DNA of 62,419 nt from Gammaproteobacteria bacterium (GCA_026981935.1 JALSIC010000056.1:1-62419); one strand, 5' to 3'; shown: positions 32,854 through 42,927, counted from the first letter of the stretch. The notes: generated by a model from the sequence alone, not told the origin. Numbers and translations: made by a program.

Positions 32854-33669
32854 ATGCCTGAGCTGCCGGAAGTCGAGACCACCCGCCGCGGCATCGCCCC
32901 CCATGTGAGAGGGCGGCGGGTGCGGGCCGTGGTGGTGCGCAACGGTCACCTGCGCCGGCCGGTGCCTGCCGCCCTGGCCCGGGAACTTCCGGGGCAGGTC
33001 ATCGAGAATGTGAGACGCCGGGGGAAGTATCTGCTCCTGGACACGCGGCATGGCAGCGTGATCGTGCATCTGGGCATGTCCGGCAGCCTGCGCCTGGTTT
33101 CCTGTGGCGCGCCGATGGAGACCCATGAGCATGTGGAGATACGCCTCACCGGTGATCAGTGTCTGCGCCTGCGCGATCCGCGCCGTTTCGGCCTGATGTT
33201 GTGGACCCGCCGCGATCCCCTGCAGCATCCCCTGTTGCGGCGGCTGGGTATCGAGCCGATGGCGCGTGATTTCAGCGGCGATTACCTCTACGAACGGGCC
33301 CGCCACCGCCGGGTGGCGGTGAAGCAGTTCCTTATGGACGGCAAGGTGGTGGTGGGCGTGGGGAACATCTATGCCAGCGAGGCCCTGTTCCGGGCCGGCA
33401 TCCATCCCTGTCGTGCGGCGGGCCGCATTTCCCTGTGTCGCTACCGGCGCCTGGCGGCTGCAATCAAGGCCGTGTTGCGCGAGGCCATTACGGCCGGGGG
33501 GACGACCTTGCGGGATTTCACCGATGGCGCAGGGCGTCCCGGTTATTTTGTCCGGCGCCTGCAGGTCTATGGTCGTGACGGCCTGCCTTGTCCCCGTTGC
33601 GGGGTTTGCCTGCGCCGGATCATCCTGGGGCAACGGGCGACCTATTACTGCGCCCGCTGCCAGCATTGA
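32854..33669 (+). CDS. mutM: Formamidopyrimidine-DNA glycosylase
   Basis: [32 protein letters not shown]4 zinc finger. Confidence 0.98.
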   Translation: MPELPEVETTRRGIAPHVRGRRVRAVVVRNGHLRRPVPAALARELPGQVIENVRRRGKYLLLDTRHGSVIVHLGMSGSLRLVSCGAPMETHEHVEIRLTGDQCLRLRDPRRFGLMLWTRRDPLQHPLLRRLGIEPMARDFSGDYLYERARHRRVAVKQFLMDGKVVVGVGNIYASEALFRAGIHPCRAAGRISLCRYRRLAAAIKAVLREAITAGGTTLRDFTDGAGRPGYFVRRLQVYGRDGLPCPRCGVCLRRIILGQRATYYCARCQH

Positions 33670-33716
33670 CTGCAGGCCAGGAGACTGAGACCATGGGCGC
33701 TGGTTTCACCACATTG

Positions 33717-33734
33717 ATTGTTGCCGGGTTAATA
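33717..33734. repeat. Solo right TIR remnant of MITE family B
   Basis: ATTGTTGCCGGGTTAA-TA, identical to 13421-13438. Confidence 0.7.
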
Positions 33735-33748
33735 ATAAGGAAGCAGGC

Positions 33749-34210
33749 ATGAAAAACATCGATTTCCGCAAGTACTTCGATCGCATCATTGCCGTGGTAT
33801 TCAGTGTGATCCTGGTCATTATCACCCTGGGTATCATCATCGGCGTGGTGCAGCTGCTCTATACTCTCGGCGACATGGTGATGAAGGAAGAGCTGGGGCG
33901 TGATTATCTGAAACTGATTTCCGAGGTGTTGACACTGTTCATTCTCATCGAGCTGTCGCGTTCCCTGGTGGAGTATTTCAATACCCGCCGTCTGCGCATG
34001 ACTTTCATCGTAGATGCTGCCATCGTATTCGTTCTGCGGGAGATCATGATCAAGCTGTTTGAGCACAAGATCACCCCCGAGGAGTTGTATGCTCTCAGTG
34101 CTCTGTTGCTGGTGATGTCCTTGCTGCGCATCGGTTCTTTCTGGATCTACCAGCGGGAGCAGGATACCCTGCGCCTGCATGGTGACAAGAAGGGGCAGGC
34201 TTCACAGTAA
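33749..34210 (+). CDS. PsiE family membrane protein
   Basis: 4 TM; LTLFILIELSRSLVEYF and IVDAAIVFVLREIMI patterns. Confidence 0.8.
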   Translation: MKNIDFRKYFDRIIAVVFSVILVIITLGIIIGVVQLLYTLGDMVMKEELGRDYLKLISEVLTLFILIELSRSLVEYFNTRRLRMTFIVDAAIVFVLREIMIKLFEHKITPEELYALSALLLVMSLLRIGSFWIYQREQDTLRLHGDKKGQASQ

Positions 34211-34223
34211 GGTTGCAGCTTTC

Positions 34224-35723
34224 TCAGCTGCCGCTTCCGGTGTCTCCAGGCGGGCCGGCCTTGTCCTCTTTATCCTCTGATCCCTCCGGCTCGAGAACGG
34301 CGATGACGACGCCGCCGCTGTTGAGCAGCACGGTCTTGGTTCGATGGGTGAGATTGGCGAGCTGCTGCGCCAGTGCCTGGTTGGCCGGGTCGCCAGGATC
34401 GAAGACCAGGTGGGTGATATTCTTGATGGAGGCCAGGAATGCCTCGCTGTCCTTGCCTGCGGCTGGAGGCAGGGGGAATGTGTCCTGGCGGGTGGCCAGC
34501 ATGGTGCGCCCCGGCCACTGGCTGGCGACACTCAGAACCAGGTCGTTGTCGGCCGCGTCCTGGGCCAGGGCGCGGATCAAGAGATCCTGCTGGCTCAGCT
34601 GGTTCTCCCTGATGGCCAGATATCGGGCCTTGTCACTGAGCATGGCCGTGGTGGCCACCAGGAAGAGCATGGCCAGCAGCAGGCCACGCTTGCGCAGCAG
34701 CCCGTAGCCGCCCCAGGCCTCGTTGATCCTGATCAGGTAGTAGGTGCCGCGTGTGAACACCAGCGTGACGACCAGCAGGGCCCACGCACCATCGGCAGCC
34801 AGCAGGCCGAGGAGGATGGCGCCGAGGAGGACCGAGCCCAGAAAATCGTTCAACAGGAAACGCCTGTCGAACAGGAGCAGCGCCCCGGCGGTGATCGCAA
34901 AGAGCGTGGCCACCAGCCAGTTGGGTTCGCCGGTGACGTGGGTCACGGCCTGATAGGCCTGGGCGAGGGGCAGCAGGGGATTGCCGAGCCAAGTGGCAAA
35001 TTCCCAGCCGCCACGGATGCCCAGGACCACCACGACGACCAGGGCAAGACCGACGTACATGTAGGTTTGCTGTTTGCGGTCCAGGGGTGATTTGTTCCAG
35101 TGCCAGGCCAGCGCCAGGGGATAGGCCAGGCCCATGGGATGAATGGTGATGACGATGGCCGTCCAGAGGAGCTGCATGAAGAACCAGCCGCCCAGGGGAC
35201 GCTGGATCTTACGGTAACGGCGGTCCAGCCATTCGGCCACGGTAAACATCAGCAGCAGATAGATGCCTGCGCCAATGGCATCGATCTGGTTCAGGAACAG
35301 GGGGAAGATCAGCAACAGGGCGCAGGCGATCTGGGCGGTTTCACTGTCCGTGGTTCTTCTGCACCAGCGATAGAGCAGCGTGACTGCCGCAAAGGCCAGC
35401 AGCATGGTGAACACCTTGGCTGCAACAATGCTGCCCGGCCAGTAGAAACCCAGGGGCAGGAACAGAAGAATACGAAAATCCGGGATGCCCAGGGTCACGA
35501 GGGGATTGAGGACTCTGTCGCCAATGGCCCATACGAGAATGAGCCCCCGCGCGGCTGCTTCGTCGATGCCATAAGGATCGAGCCTGACCAGATTCAGAGC
35601 GAGAATGGCACTGCCCCACAGGAGCAGTACGATAAGGCCCCAGTAGCGCATCAGATAGTGCCTGGCAAGCGCACTTATGTTCGTTTTGCCGTTAGCCGTC
35701 CCATTCGGAGTTTCAGAGTCCAT
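34224..35723 (-). CDS. Polytopic membrane protein, possibly GT-C (ArnT/PMT-like) fold
   Basis: 499 aa, many TM helices, acidic YGIDE motif after TM1, soluble C-terminal domain. Confidence 0.6.
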   Translation of the reverse strand: MDSETPNGTANGKTNISALARHYLMRYWGLIVLLLWGSAILALNLVRLDPYGIDEAAARGLILVWAIGDRVLNPLVTLGIPDFRILLFLPLGFYWPGSIVAAKVFTMLLAFAAVTLLYRWCRRTTDSETAQIACALLLIFPLFLNQIDAIGAGIYLLLMFTVAEWLDRRYRKIQRPLGGWFFMQLLWTAIVITIHPMGLAYPLALAWHWNKSPLDRKQQTYMYVGLALVVVVVLGIRGGWEFATWLGNPLLPLAQAYQAVTHVTGEPNWLVATLFAITAGALLLFDRRFLLNDFLGSVLLGAILLGLLAADGAWALLVVTLVFTRGTYYLIRINEAWGGYGLLRKRGLLLAMLFLVATTAMLSDKARYLAIRENQLSQQDLLIRALAQDAADNDLVLSVASQWPGRTMLATRQDTFPLPPAAGKDSEAFLASIKNITHLVFDPGDPANQALAQQLANLTHRTKTVLLNSGGVVIAVLEPEGSEDKEDKAGPPGDTGSGS

Positions 35724-36091
35724 TGTTAACTTCCGTATGTGTTTTTGAAGGTGTCATGAGAACTTTCCCGCCTTCCGGCGAGACATAAGAAGCAGCCACG
35801 GAAGGATCCGGGGGCAATCCGGGAGGCAGTCCCCGAGCTGAGTCTCGGCGGTCGCCGCGGATTATAACGGAGGGGATCGTGTTTTGTCATGAAAGCGGGC
35901 TCGCAAGGCTTAAAAGGCTTAAGGTTTGTTGATGGAATATGAGAATGGATTATAAGATATTGATAATAATTATTTTTTCCATTCCCCAGAGTTTATGAGA
36001 AAGATTTCATTGTCAAAATGCCGGCGCAAAGTAGGTTTGATTGACAATTGACAGCCTGGTCGGTCTGCGTACACGAAGACGACATGGGTGC

Positions 36092-36120
36092 TTGCATTGT
36101 GATTTTGAGTCATGTTAAAT
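36092..36120 (+). promoter_or_regulatory. Candidate sigma70 promoter TTGCAT-N17-TTAAAT
   Basis: In the AT-rich intergenic region upstream of the 36307 microprotein and the dihaem cytochrome. Confidence 0.35.
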
Positions 36121-36306
36121 AGCGATAGCACCATGTTTTTGTGGTTTTTACAAGAATCTCTTTTGATCCGTGACGGAGGGAGTTGACGGTAAACGGACGG
36201 GCGAGGAGATGGGGTATTCTCTTTCGTGTCCCGATCAGGTAAGATTGGCGCTGACGTTTACACTACAAACATCAACAAAACCAAAAAATAAGGACGGAGG
36301 TGTGGC

Positions 36307-36402
36307 ATGTTATTAGATACGACGGGGGTCATCATCATCTACGCGTTGTGGTTCGTGTTTGCTTTTACTTTGGCAGTCATCCTGCTGAAGATCAATTCCT
36401 GA
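36307..36402 (+). CDS. Unannotated 31-aa single-TM microprotein (MLLDTTGVIIIYALWFVFAFTLAVILLKINS)
   Basis: Strong GGAGG RBS 6 nt before ATG; one hydrophobic helix; below the ORF-track cutoff. Confidence 0.6.
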   Translation: MLLDTTGVIIIYALWFVFAFTLAVILLKINS

Positions 36403-36552
36403 TGCTGAAGAACATTTGAATGTCGAAAACCTGAAAGCGAGTGCAGTGTGAGGAAATGTGCTGTACCCAGGTCGCAGGTTTTGCGGCTGTTGTTCGGGTT
36501 TTTGGAAGTGGGAAATAATAAATTTTTGGAAGATATCGGGAGGGGGCTGCAA

Positions 36553-37329
36553 ATGCAACAATCAAAGAGGTTCGTACTGGCGATTGCTATGCTGGGCGGT
36601 GTTGCGTTTTCCGCGACTGCAATCGCCGCGGAAGGCATGTTTTCCAAGGGTACGGGAAACAAGGCCAACGGTGAAAATATTTTCAAGAACGGCAAGGGCA
36701 ATGTGCCGGCATGTGCCAGCTGCCATGGTGAGGATGGTACGGGTAACGACATGTTGGGCACTCCGTTGATTGCTGGCCAGTTTTTTACTTTTCTCTTCAA
36801 GCAGCTGGAGGACTATGCGTCCGATAAGCGCATCGATACCACCATGAATGTCATGAATGACAATGCGAAGGGGCTGACTAGGCAGGATCGGATTGATGTG
36901 GCAACCTATCTCGCTAGTCTCAGACCCGAATTCAACGGATCTGACCTGGATGCCCTGAAAGAATCTGGCACGCCTGTGGGCCTGCCCTACAAGGGTCGGG
37001 CGATTGCCGAATATGGCAGTCCCGTACGTGATGATGGTTATCCCAAGGATTTGGGGAGCAAGGGCGCGGGCGTGCCCGCTTGCAAGTCCTGCCACGGGTA
37101 TGCTGGTCGTGGTGCCCCGCCCATGTATCCCAAGATCGGTCTGCAGCGATATACCTATCTGGTCAATCAGCTGAAGAAGTGGCGCGATGGCAGCCGGGCG
37201 AATGACCCCATGGGGCAGATGCGCGCTGTTGCAAGAAAACTGTCAGATGAGGACATCCACAATGTGGCCGCCTATCTGACCAACGCCAGCCCGTACACGC
37301 TCGGTAACTTCCGTCAGCCATACGAATAA
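36553..37329 (+). CDS. Periplasmic dihaem cytochrome c4-like protein
   Basis: Signal peptide (ATAIA-AE), CASCH and CKSCH, c4-type P-x-I-x-x-Q...L-x-x-QL repeats with Met ligands. Confidence 0.92.
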   Translation: MQQSKRFVLAIAMLGGVAFSATAIAAEGMFSKGTGNKANGENIFKNGKGNVPACASCHGEDGTGNDMLGTPLIAGQFFTFLFKQLEDYASDKRIDTTMNVMNDNAKGLTRQDRIDVATYLASLRPEFNGSDLDALKESGTPVGLPYKGRAIAEYGSPVRDDGYPKDLGSKGAGVPACKSCHGYAGRGAPPMYPKIGLQRYTYLVNQLKKWRDGSRANDPMGQMRAVARKLSDEDIHNVAAYLTNASPYTLGNFRQPYE

Positions 37330-37392
37330 TCTGTTGGTTTTGTTCGGAAAGGTTATGGCTGTGTGAGGTAAGGAAGCTGTCAGCCACGTGGG

Positions 37393-37427
37393 AGAGTGAG
37401 GGCGGTTTACGCCCTCACTCTTTCTTG
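37393..37427 (+). terminator. Intrinsic terminator after the dihaem cytochrome gene
   Basis: 12-bp stem AGAGTGAGGGCG/CGCCCTCACTCT followed by TTCTTG. Confidence 0.75.
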
Positions 37428-37602
37428 TATAAACGCTTTTTGCTATCCTGTCTTCTGCCCGTGGTGCCCTTGTTGTTTGTAATTACCCCACCATGGGAGA
37501 GGTGACGTCTGCCATCCTCCGCTTATTCTCGGTCCTTGTTACGAGGCAAGGGTTCGGGGACAGGCCTAATATCACATCATTTGCCAGCAGGACGAGCGTG
37601 TC

Positions 37603-38199
37603 ATGAGCAGCAAAACCCCACTCAAGTCAGGTGAGAAGATACTGTTTACGATCTTTGGCGTATTCTTCGTGCTCGCCATGATCGGTTATGGCGTTTTGGA
37701 ATACATCCGCCTCAATTCTGAGGAGCCCATTTTCGTGCAGCGAACGTTCTTCGACTTTTCCGAGAAAGGCTTGCGTGGTTCGGAGCTGTATCGCAAGGCC
37801 AACTGCAATGCCTGTCATCGTGCCCTGCGTGCGGGCACCAGCATGGGGCTTTCCCTGGACGGATTGGGTTCAAAGCGCTCCCTGGAATGGATAGAAGCCT
37901 TTCTGCGCAATCCAGAGGAAGTCTATGGAGCGCCCACCATTGACCATGGCCGGCCCCCCAAGGAGGCCGCCTACGTGTCAGAGCTGCCGGAAGAGACACG
38001 CCATCTGATCGCGGTCTTCATCTCGGAATTGCGGGCCGATCCTGGTTCATCGGTGGCCAAGGCGCCGCCGCCAGGACGCTCGGAATTCATCGACAGGATG
38101 GTGGGGGCCTGGGCGCCGGAAGAATGGAAGGAGAAATACCAGGACATTAGGGAAAAACAACAACAACAGGAGCAAGCCTTGGAGAAAATCGATGAGTGA
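37603..38199 (+). CDS. Membrane-anchored monohaem cytochrome c (NorC/CcoO-like fold)
   Basis: N-terminal TM, CNACH, SLDGLGSKRSLEWIEAFLRNP. Confidence 0.88.
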   Translation: MSSKTPLKSGEKILFTIFGVFFVLAMIGYGVLEYIRLNSEEPIFVQRTFFDFSEKGLRGSELYRKANCNACHRALRAGTSMGLSLDGLGSKRSLEWIEAFLRNPEEVYGAPTIDHGRPPKEAAYVSELPEETRHLIAVFISELRADPGSSVAKAPPPGRSEFIDRMVGAWAPEEWKEKYQDIREKQQQQEQALEKIDE

Positions 38200-38722
38200 A
38201 CCCTGGGAGCACGAGGATGAGGTCAATTACCGACGTTACACACTGTGGTTCGTCTATGCCTGTATCATATACAGCCTGATTGGCTTTACCTGGGGCGTGT
38301 TGATGGGCGGCATCGCGGAGTTCCGTTATTTCGTTGATCATCGCCTTCACGGCAATCTGATCGTCAGGGCGCATACCCACATCAATCTGCTGGGATGGGT
38401 GGAAATGGCCATCTTCGCGTCCATATACTACATCGTGCCGCGCCTGATCAAGCGGCCCATCTATAGCCTGCGCTTGGTCAAGGTGCATTTCTGGATTCAC
38501 AATGTCGGTCTCGTGGGGATGGTGCTCTTCTTCACCATTGCGGGCGTGGCTGGCGGTATCATGAGTCAGACCAGCACCCTGGACGAGGTGGAAAGCGTTG
38601 TTAAACCTCTATTGGCCATTATGGGTTTTTTTGGCAGCTTGGTTTTGTTAGCCAACATCATTTGGGCCTATAATCTGTTCAGGACCTGTTCCGGTTGGGA
38701 AAAACGCTATGCAAGCGCTTAA
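38192..38722 (+). CDS. Stand-alone 4-TM haem-copper oxidase subunit I-like protein (helices IX-XII type)
   Basis: RAHTHINLLGW, YYIVPRLIKRPIYSLRLVKVHFW, YNLFRT; parallels the C-terminal third of the ccoN at 43592. Confidence 0.8.
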   Translation: MSEPWEHEDEVNYRRYTLWFVYACIIYSLIGFTWGVLMGGIAEFRYFVDHRLHGNLIVRAHTHINLLGWVEMAIFASIYYIVPRLIKRPIYSLRLVKVHFWIHNVGLVGMVLFFTIAGVAGGIMSQTSTLDEVESVVKPLLAIMGFFGSLVLLANIIWAYNLFRTCSGWEKRYASA

Positions 38723-39224
38723 GATATGGTTAACAGCCGCTTTGTTGTGGGCGTTACTGACTGGTTGTATGGAGCCGCCTGAAGGGACTCTGAAGGTGGG
38801 TGCCAAGGCGCCCAGTCTCAGGACTGTCAAACTGGCCGATGTGGGTGGAGACTTCAGCCGTATTACGACTTATCGCTATCCAGATGAACGAATGTATCAG
38901 TATTCTCTCGATGAGGCTCTGCAGCTGGGCAAGCCCATTGTGTTGGAGTTTGCGACACCTGGACATTGTACGGTATGCGACAAGCAGCTCCAGATGCTGA
39001 AGGCCATGCTGGCCAAATACGGTGACCAAGTGATTTTTCTCCATATGGATCAGTACCAGAATCCAGGAGCCTTCATTGCCTATCGTGTCAAGGGGGATCC
39101 CTGGACATTCGTGATTGATGAGGAGGGAATTGTACGTTTCAAACGCCCGGGGCGGATGTTGTATCAGGAGCTGGATCAAGTACTATCCAAAATAGTGACT
39201 GCTTCCGAAGAAACAGCAGGATGA
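38709..39224 (+). CDS. Thioredoxin-fold lipoprotein (CTVC)
   Basis: Lipobox LLTGC, GAKAP, LEFATPGHCTVC, cis-Pro DPWTFVIDEEG. Confidence 0.85.
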   Translation: MQALKIWLTAALLWALLTGCMEPPEGTLKVGAKAPSLRTVKLADVGGDFSRITTYRYPDERMYQYSLDEALQLGKPIVLEFATPGHCTVCDKQLQMLKAMLAKYGDQVIFLHMDQYQNPGAFIAYRVKGDPWTFVIDEEGIVRFKRPGRMLYQELDQVLSKIVTASEETAG

Positions 39225-39228
39225 ACAA

Positions 39229-39687
39229 GTGGCTAACAAGAAAAATCAATTTGATCTTGTCCCGGACAAGAAAGGCCTGATATGGGATCTGTTGCTGTAT
39301 GTCACTACCGTCTTTGCACTGTTGTCCATCGGCATCAAGCTGTGGTTCAGCCCTGACCAGGGGTGGGCATATCTTCTGATCTTTCTTGCCAGCTTGTTCT
39401 TTTTCATCGGTGCGAACCGCATTCTCAAGACACGCCTCATGGTGTTGCCCTCTGCGCCTGTCTCTCTGGTCATTGAGCCGAGCCGGATACTCGTCAGGCT
39501 CAAGGACGGTACGGAGCAGGTTCTGGTCAAGGACCTGAAATTCTACTCGGAGATCGGCGGCAAGACATTTGCCCTGACCGGAATGGACCTGACGGGCAAG
39601 AAACAGCAATACATCTTTCATCGCGGCCAGTTCGTCGACGAAGGCGCCTACAATGACGCCAGGGCCTTGCTGGAAGTCTATCGCTGA
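39229..39687 (+). CDS. Hypothetical 2-TM membrane protein with soluble C-domain
   Basis: 152-aa ORF, 4 nt after the upstream stop; two hydrophobic helices. Confidence 0.75.
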   Translation: MANKKNQFDLVPDKKGLIWDLLLYVTTVFALLSIGIKLWFSPDQGWAYLLIFLASLFFFIGANRILKTRLMVLPSAPVSLVIEPSRILVRLKDGTEQVLVKDLKFYSEIGGKTFALTGMDLTGKKQQYIFHRGQFVDEGAYNDARALLEVYR

Positions 39688-39963
39688 TGCTCCACGGTAA
39701 GGGTTTTCATTGCGGCTGTTTTGCTTGTGATATCCCGGCGGGCGCGCCCCCGCCGCGAAGGGGACAGCTTTTCCAGCAAGCCCTGAAGATTTGAGGGATA
39801 GAAATGATGCCGGAACAATTTGAGGTTTACATTAACCATCGTGTAGCCTGCAGGCCCTCAAGGCCGGTATCCAGGGGAAGGCACCACTCATCCTGACAGC
39901 TTCGTGTAGCATGAATGCGGGCTCCCGCAGCCGGGATACAGACCCCGAGCCCCGGCATCCTCT

Positions 39964-40136
39964 TGTCATTGCCACCACACCTTTGTCATTTCGGCCATGC
40001 TTCTTTGTCATTTCTCGATACGCTCGAAATGACAGGGATAGTGTCATTCCCACCGTGCCTCCTTGCCATTGCCGCCACGCTGCCTTGTCATTGCGACCTC
40101 ACTTTCTTGTCATTTCCCGCTACGCTCGAAATGACA
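39964..40136. repeat. Array of seven TGTCATT-initiated units, including two TGTCATTTC-N11-GAAATGACA hairpins (GTCATT-type REP-like)
   Basis: TGTCATT/TGCCATT at 39964, 39984, 40006, 40042, 40064, 40086, 40108; hairpins 40006-40034 and 40108-40136. Confidence 0.75.
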
Positions 40137-40272
40137 GGCGTCACCTGGAACGACAACCGTCAACTGAAAACAATGAATCTCAACTATTGAAACTGACACG
40201 AGTGACCGATGGTCGTCATACAGACTGGATGCAGGGCACGAGGGCCGGAAGCGTGGGAAAGGTGGCTTTCAT

Positions 40273-40463
40273 CCCGGATTCCGTTTCGCTTCATCAGGCT
40301 ATGTATGTCAGGTATTTACTGAGGGTCTCGTAGTTGAATGGACAGGGTCCGGCTGTAAGTGCGCCGGTTTGGTAGCCTGTATGAAGCGCTGCAAGAGCGC
40401 AATCCAGGAAACCAGACGGCAAAACCCCCACACCCGGATTACGTTTCACTCCATCCGGGCTGC
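40273..40463. repeat. GTAG-type REP-like elements (one single plus an inverted doublet)
   Basis: GTAGCCTGTATGAAGCG...AATCCAGG (40372) with inverted CCCGGATTACG...CATCCGGGCTGC (40433-40463), and CCCGGATTCCG...CATCAGGCTAT (40273-40302). Confidence 0.7.
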
Positions 40464-40538
40464 ACATTTTGATGTGGACAATTATGAGACCATTAATCAA
40501 GTAATGCTCAATAGGCAATCGTGTGGTGGAACAGGCCT

Positions 40539-41129
40539 TCAGCTGACGATCACACGTTCCAGTTCCATGAAAGTCTTGGCGATATCTGCCGGTTCTATGG
40601 GAACGCCCATTTGACGGCCGATCTGGGTGGCCGAGAAGATACCACAGACTTCCATGACTTTCGTTGACTCGTTGCGGTTCACCACGATGGCGTGGTGGCG
40701 GCCGTTCTTGAGGAGGGTTTCGATGATGTCGCCGACCCGCGCCTCCTCGACGTCCCTGAGCATCAATACCTCGAGACGGTGGGCAGGCGTCATGATGTCA
40801 CCCACCCGGACTTCGTCGCGCGAGCAGTGCATCTTCTGCATGTGCAACATGGGTTTCTCGCCGAGAATATCGGCGGCCGTGATGATACCGCAGATGGCAT
40901 CGTCGTCATCGGTCACCAGCAGGAGCCGTACATTATTGAGGATCATTTGCTGGTTGCATTCATCCAGTGAAACCTGCGGCCGTGTGGTATGGGTTCTGGT
41001 GCGGCGCAGATCGGTCATGACATTGATGGCAGGGTCGTCCGATGTGACATGCAACAAGCTCGGCTTGGACAGATAGCAGATGTCTCCCATGCCCAGCAAA
41101 GTCGTGCGGAGTGCGCGGTACGGCTTCAT
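40539..41129 (-). CDS. CBS-domain protein
   Basis: PAINVMTDL, VRLLLVTD..ICGIITAADILGEKP, VGDIMTP, GRHHAIVV. Confidence 0.88.
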   Translation of the reverse strand: MKPYRALRTTLLGMGDICYLSKPSLLHVTSDDPAINVMTDLRRTRTHTTRPQVSLDECNQQMILNNVRLLLVTDDDDAICGIITAADILGEKPMLHMQKMHCSRDEVRVGDIMTPAHRLEVLMLRDVEEARVGDIIETLLKNGRHHAIVVNRNESTKVMEVCGIFSATQIGRQMGVPIEPADIAKTFMELERVIVS

Positions 41130-41385
41130 GATGGAGTGCCCTCCTCTTGGTAATTGTCAGGCCAGCTGTGGACCTTGCAATGGGATTATACGCATCGTCA
41201 ATACAACGGTTGAGTGCCAGGATCAGGATTGCCATGCCCCCGATGATTTTGTAGACTAAAATGGTCGGTTATTGCCATGCACTTAGTGTGCCTTTAAGGG
41301 ATCACACAACCCGGTTCTGAGGGGGATCGTGGGGGAGCATGGAGACCAGGCGAGTATTGATAATAAAACCCAAGGAGATCTCAAA

Positions 41386-41463
41386 ATGAAACTGAATGTT
41401 CTGGTGTTGCTCTTCATTCTCGCTTTCTTCATCTTCGTTATCCTTCCTGCCACTACCATCTAA
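41386..41463 (+). CDS. Unannotated 25-aa hydrophobic microprotein (MKLNVLVLLFILAFFIFVILPATTI)
   Basis: AAGGAG RBS 8 nt upstream; followed by a GC hairpin at 41480-41515. Confidence 0.55.
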   Translation: MKLNVLVLLFILAFFIFVILPATTI

Positions 41464-41585
41464 TTAAGTGCAATAAGGGCCCTCGGTCTGGGCAGCGCCA
41501 TGCCCAGGTCGAGGGACTGCGTTCTAAGGATTGCTGCTTTCAACGACCATCCGCGGCCATTTCTCTCGCGCGTTTGCGTTTCAGA

Positions 41586-42011
41586 TTAGGCTTCCCAGTC
41601 GGACTCGTCGGGATAGATCATGGGATTCTGATTGATGCGCCACATTTTGTGATGCGGCGGCTCCATGCCTTCGTCGTGGCAGGATTCCAGGCTGTGTTCC
41701 TCAGAGATGTCACAGACCAGAGGCGCATCTCCCATCGTGGCCTTGAACTGATACGGGAGGGTGCCGCATTGGTTCTTCCCCGTCGGAGAGCAGCTCTTGA
41801 CGCGGAACATGCCATAGAATGGATCTCAGCCTATGGCGCCTGTCAGTATCGGGTACACTGGCAGCAGCAGGGCATAGGTATCCCAGAAAGCGGCCTTGCT
41901 GACAGTGGCAACGATGAAGTAATAGGCACCCGCCACCAGGATGATACCAAGTACCAGGCGAAACAGCCTGTCAGCCAGGCCGATATTCTGAAACGGCTCA
42001 TGGTGAGTCAT
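41586..42011 (-). pseudogene. DUF2892/YgaP-like membrane protein interrupted by an in-frame TGA at 41826-41828
   Basis: QNIGLADRLFRLVLG...LTGAIG*DPFYGMFRVKSC...NQCGTLPYQ reads continuously in one frame across the stop. Confidence 0.75.
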
Positions 42012-42203
42012 ACTTGATGTGTTCAAGGCGATCACCTTCTTTACTGTGGTGATATGACACATCAGCTATTGGAACATGAGACGGCACGCCCTTCAGTAAC
42101 ATCGCTACATTGGGAAAACATGTTTTGATGCCTGCACGCGAGCGCAACAGCAGGTCCCGGTCAAGGGAGGGACAATGCCGCTTCTCAGCGATGAGCAAAG
42201 TGA

Positions 42204-42458
42204 TCAAGACTCATCCTGTCTCGATGGCTCCTTGTTCTGCAGGCTCTGCATATACAGGGCGTGCAGGCGGCGGCGGCGTACGATATTGCGGGCCATAAAT
42301 CCCATGGCGATGGCGCCGATGACAACGACAATGAACATGACGGTATTTTCCGTGCGTTCGCTGACCAGCCCGCCGATGAACATATGAACCGTGTAGGCAA
42401 GCAGTGTCAGTGAGCTGATGCCCACAATGCTGTAAATGATGATTTCCTTCTTGTCCAT
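42204..42458 (-). CDS. Small 2-TM membrane protein (84 aa)
   Basis: MDKKEIIIYSIVG...YTVHMFIGGLV...; two hydrophobic helices and a basic C-tail. Confidence 0.7.
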   Translation of the reverse strand: MDKKEIIIYSIVGISSLTLLAYTVHMFIGGLVSERTENTVMFIVVVIGAIAMGFMARNIVRRRRLHALYMQSLQNKEPSRQDES

Positions 42459-42899
42459 GATTCTAAGGTGTTTCCTTAAGCAGGTTAGGTGGGCCTTCGT
42501 AACCGGACAGTAAATGGTTGGCGCTCGTTTTTCCCTGGGTTGGACGATGGCCCTGTAATGAATGATAGACGTCAAGGTATAAGATTGCTGTGTCAGGATC
42601 GCAATGGCAAGGGGTTATTCATCGACACAGGTGGTCGTGAAGACGTGACAGTCGGCTAAAGGGTGCTTGAGCCAGTCATCAAGCTGAGATGTATCAGGTG
42701 CAGTCTAAGGCAAGGGGCGGCAAATTTATGACGCACAGTACGCTGTCCCGATTTCAATATGATACATGAGTAAAATGATCATATTCAATATCTGTTTGAT
42801 TACAAAGATGTATTTTTGTTTGAGTCAAGACAGGCAATGAGCCTGCCCGGGTGGATGGGGTAACCGGGAAACGGGCGCAAAACAGGCCTGGACGGGAGC

Positions 42900-42927
42900 T
42901 TGCAAAATCCGGAATTAGGTCTATAAT
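42900..42927 (+). promoter_or_regulatory. Candidate sigma70 promoter TTGCAA-N16-TATAAT for the oxidase operon
   Basis: Consensus -10 and near-consensus -35, about 140 bp upstream of ORF 43068. Confidence 0.5.

Noticed and set aside
36448-36552. N-terminal extension of the dihaem cytochrome in the ORF track
   Set aside because: ATG 36553 follows a purine-rich RBS and begins a proper signal peptide, so the upstream GTG start is unlikely
39964-40136. Possible CRISPR or mini-array
   Set aside because: The constant part is only about 7-8 bp, spacing is 20-36 bp and there are no cas genes; it fits REP-like repeats better
41826-41828. Selenocysteine codon
   Set aside because: The TGA falls at the aromatic (Trp) position of the G-W-x-P-x-Y pattern, not at a Cys position, and I could not identify a SECIS-like hairpin
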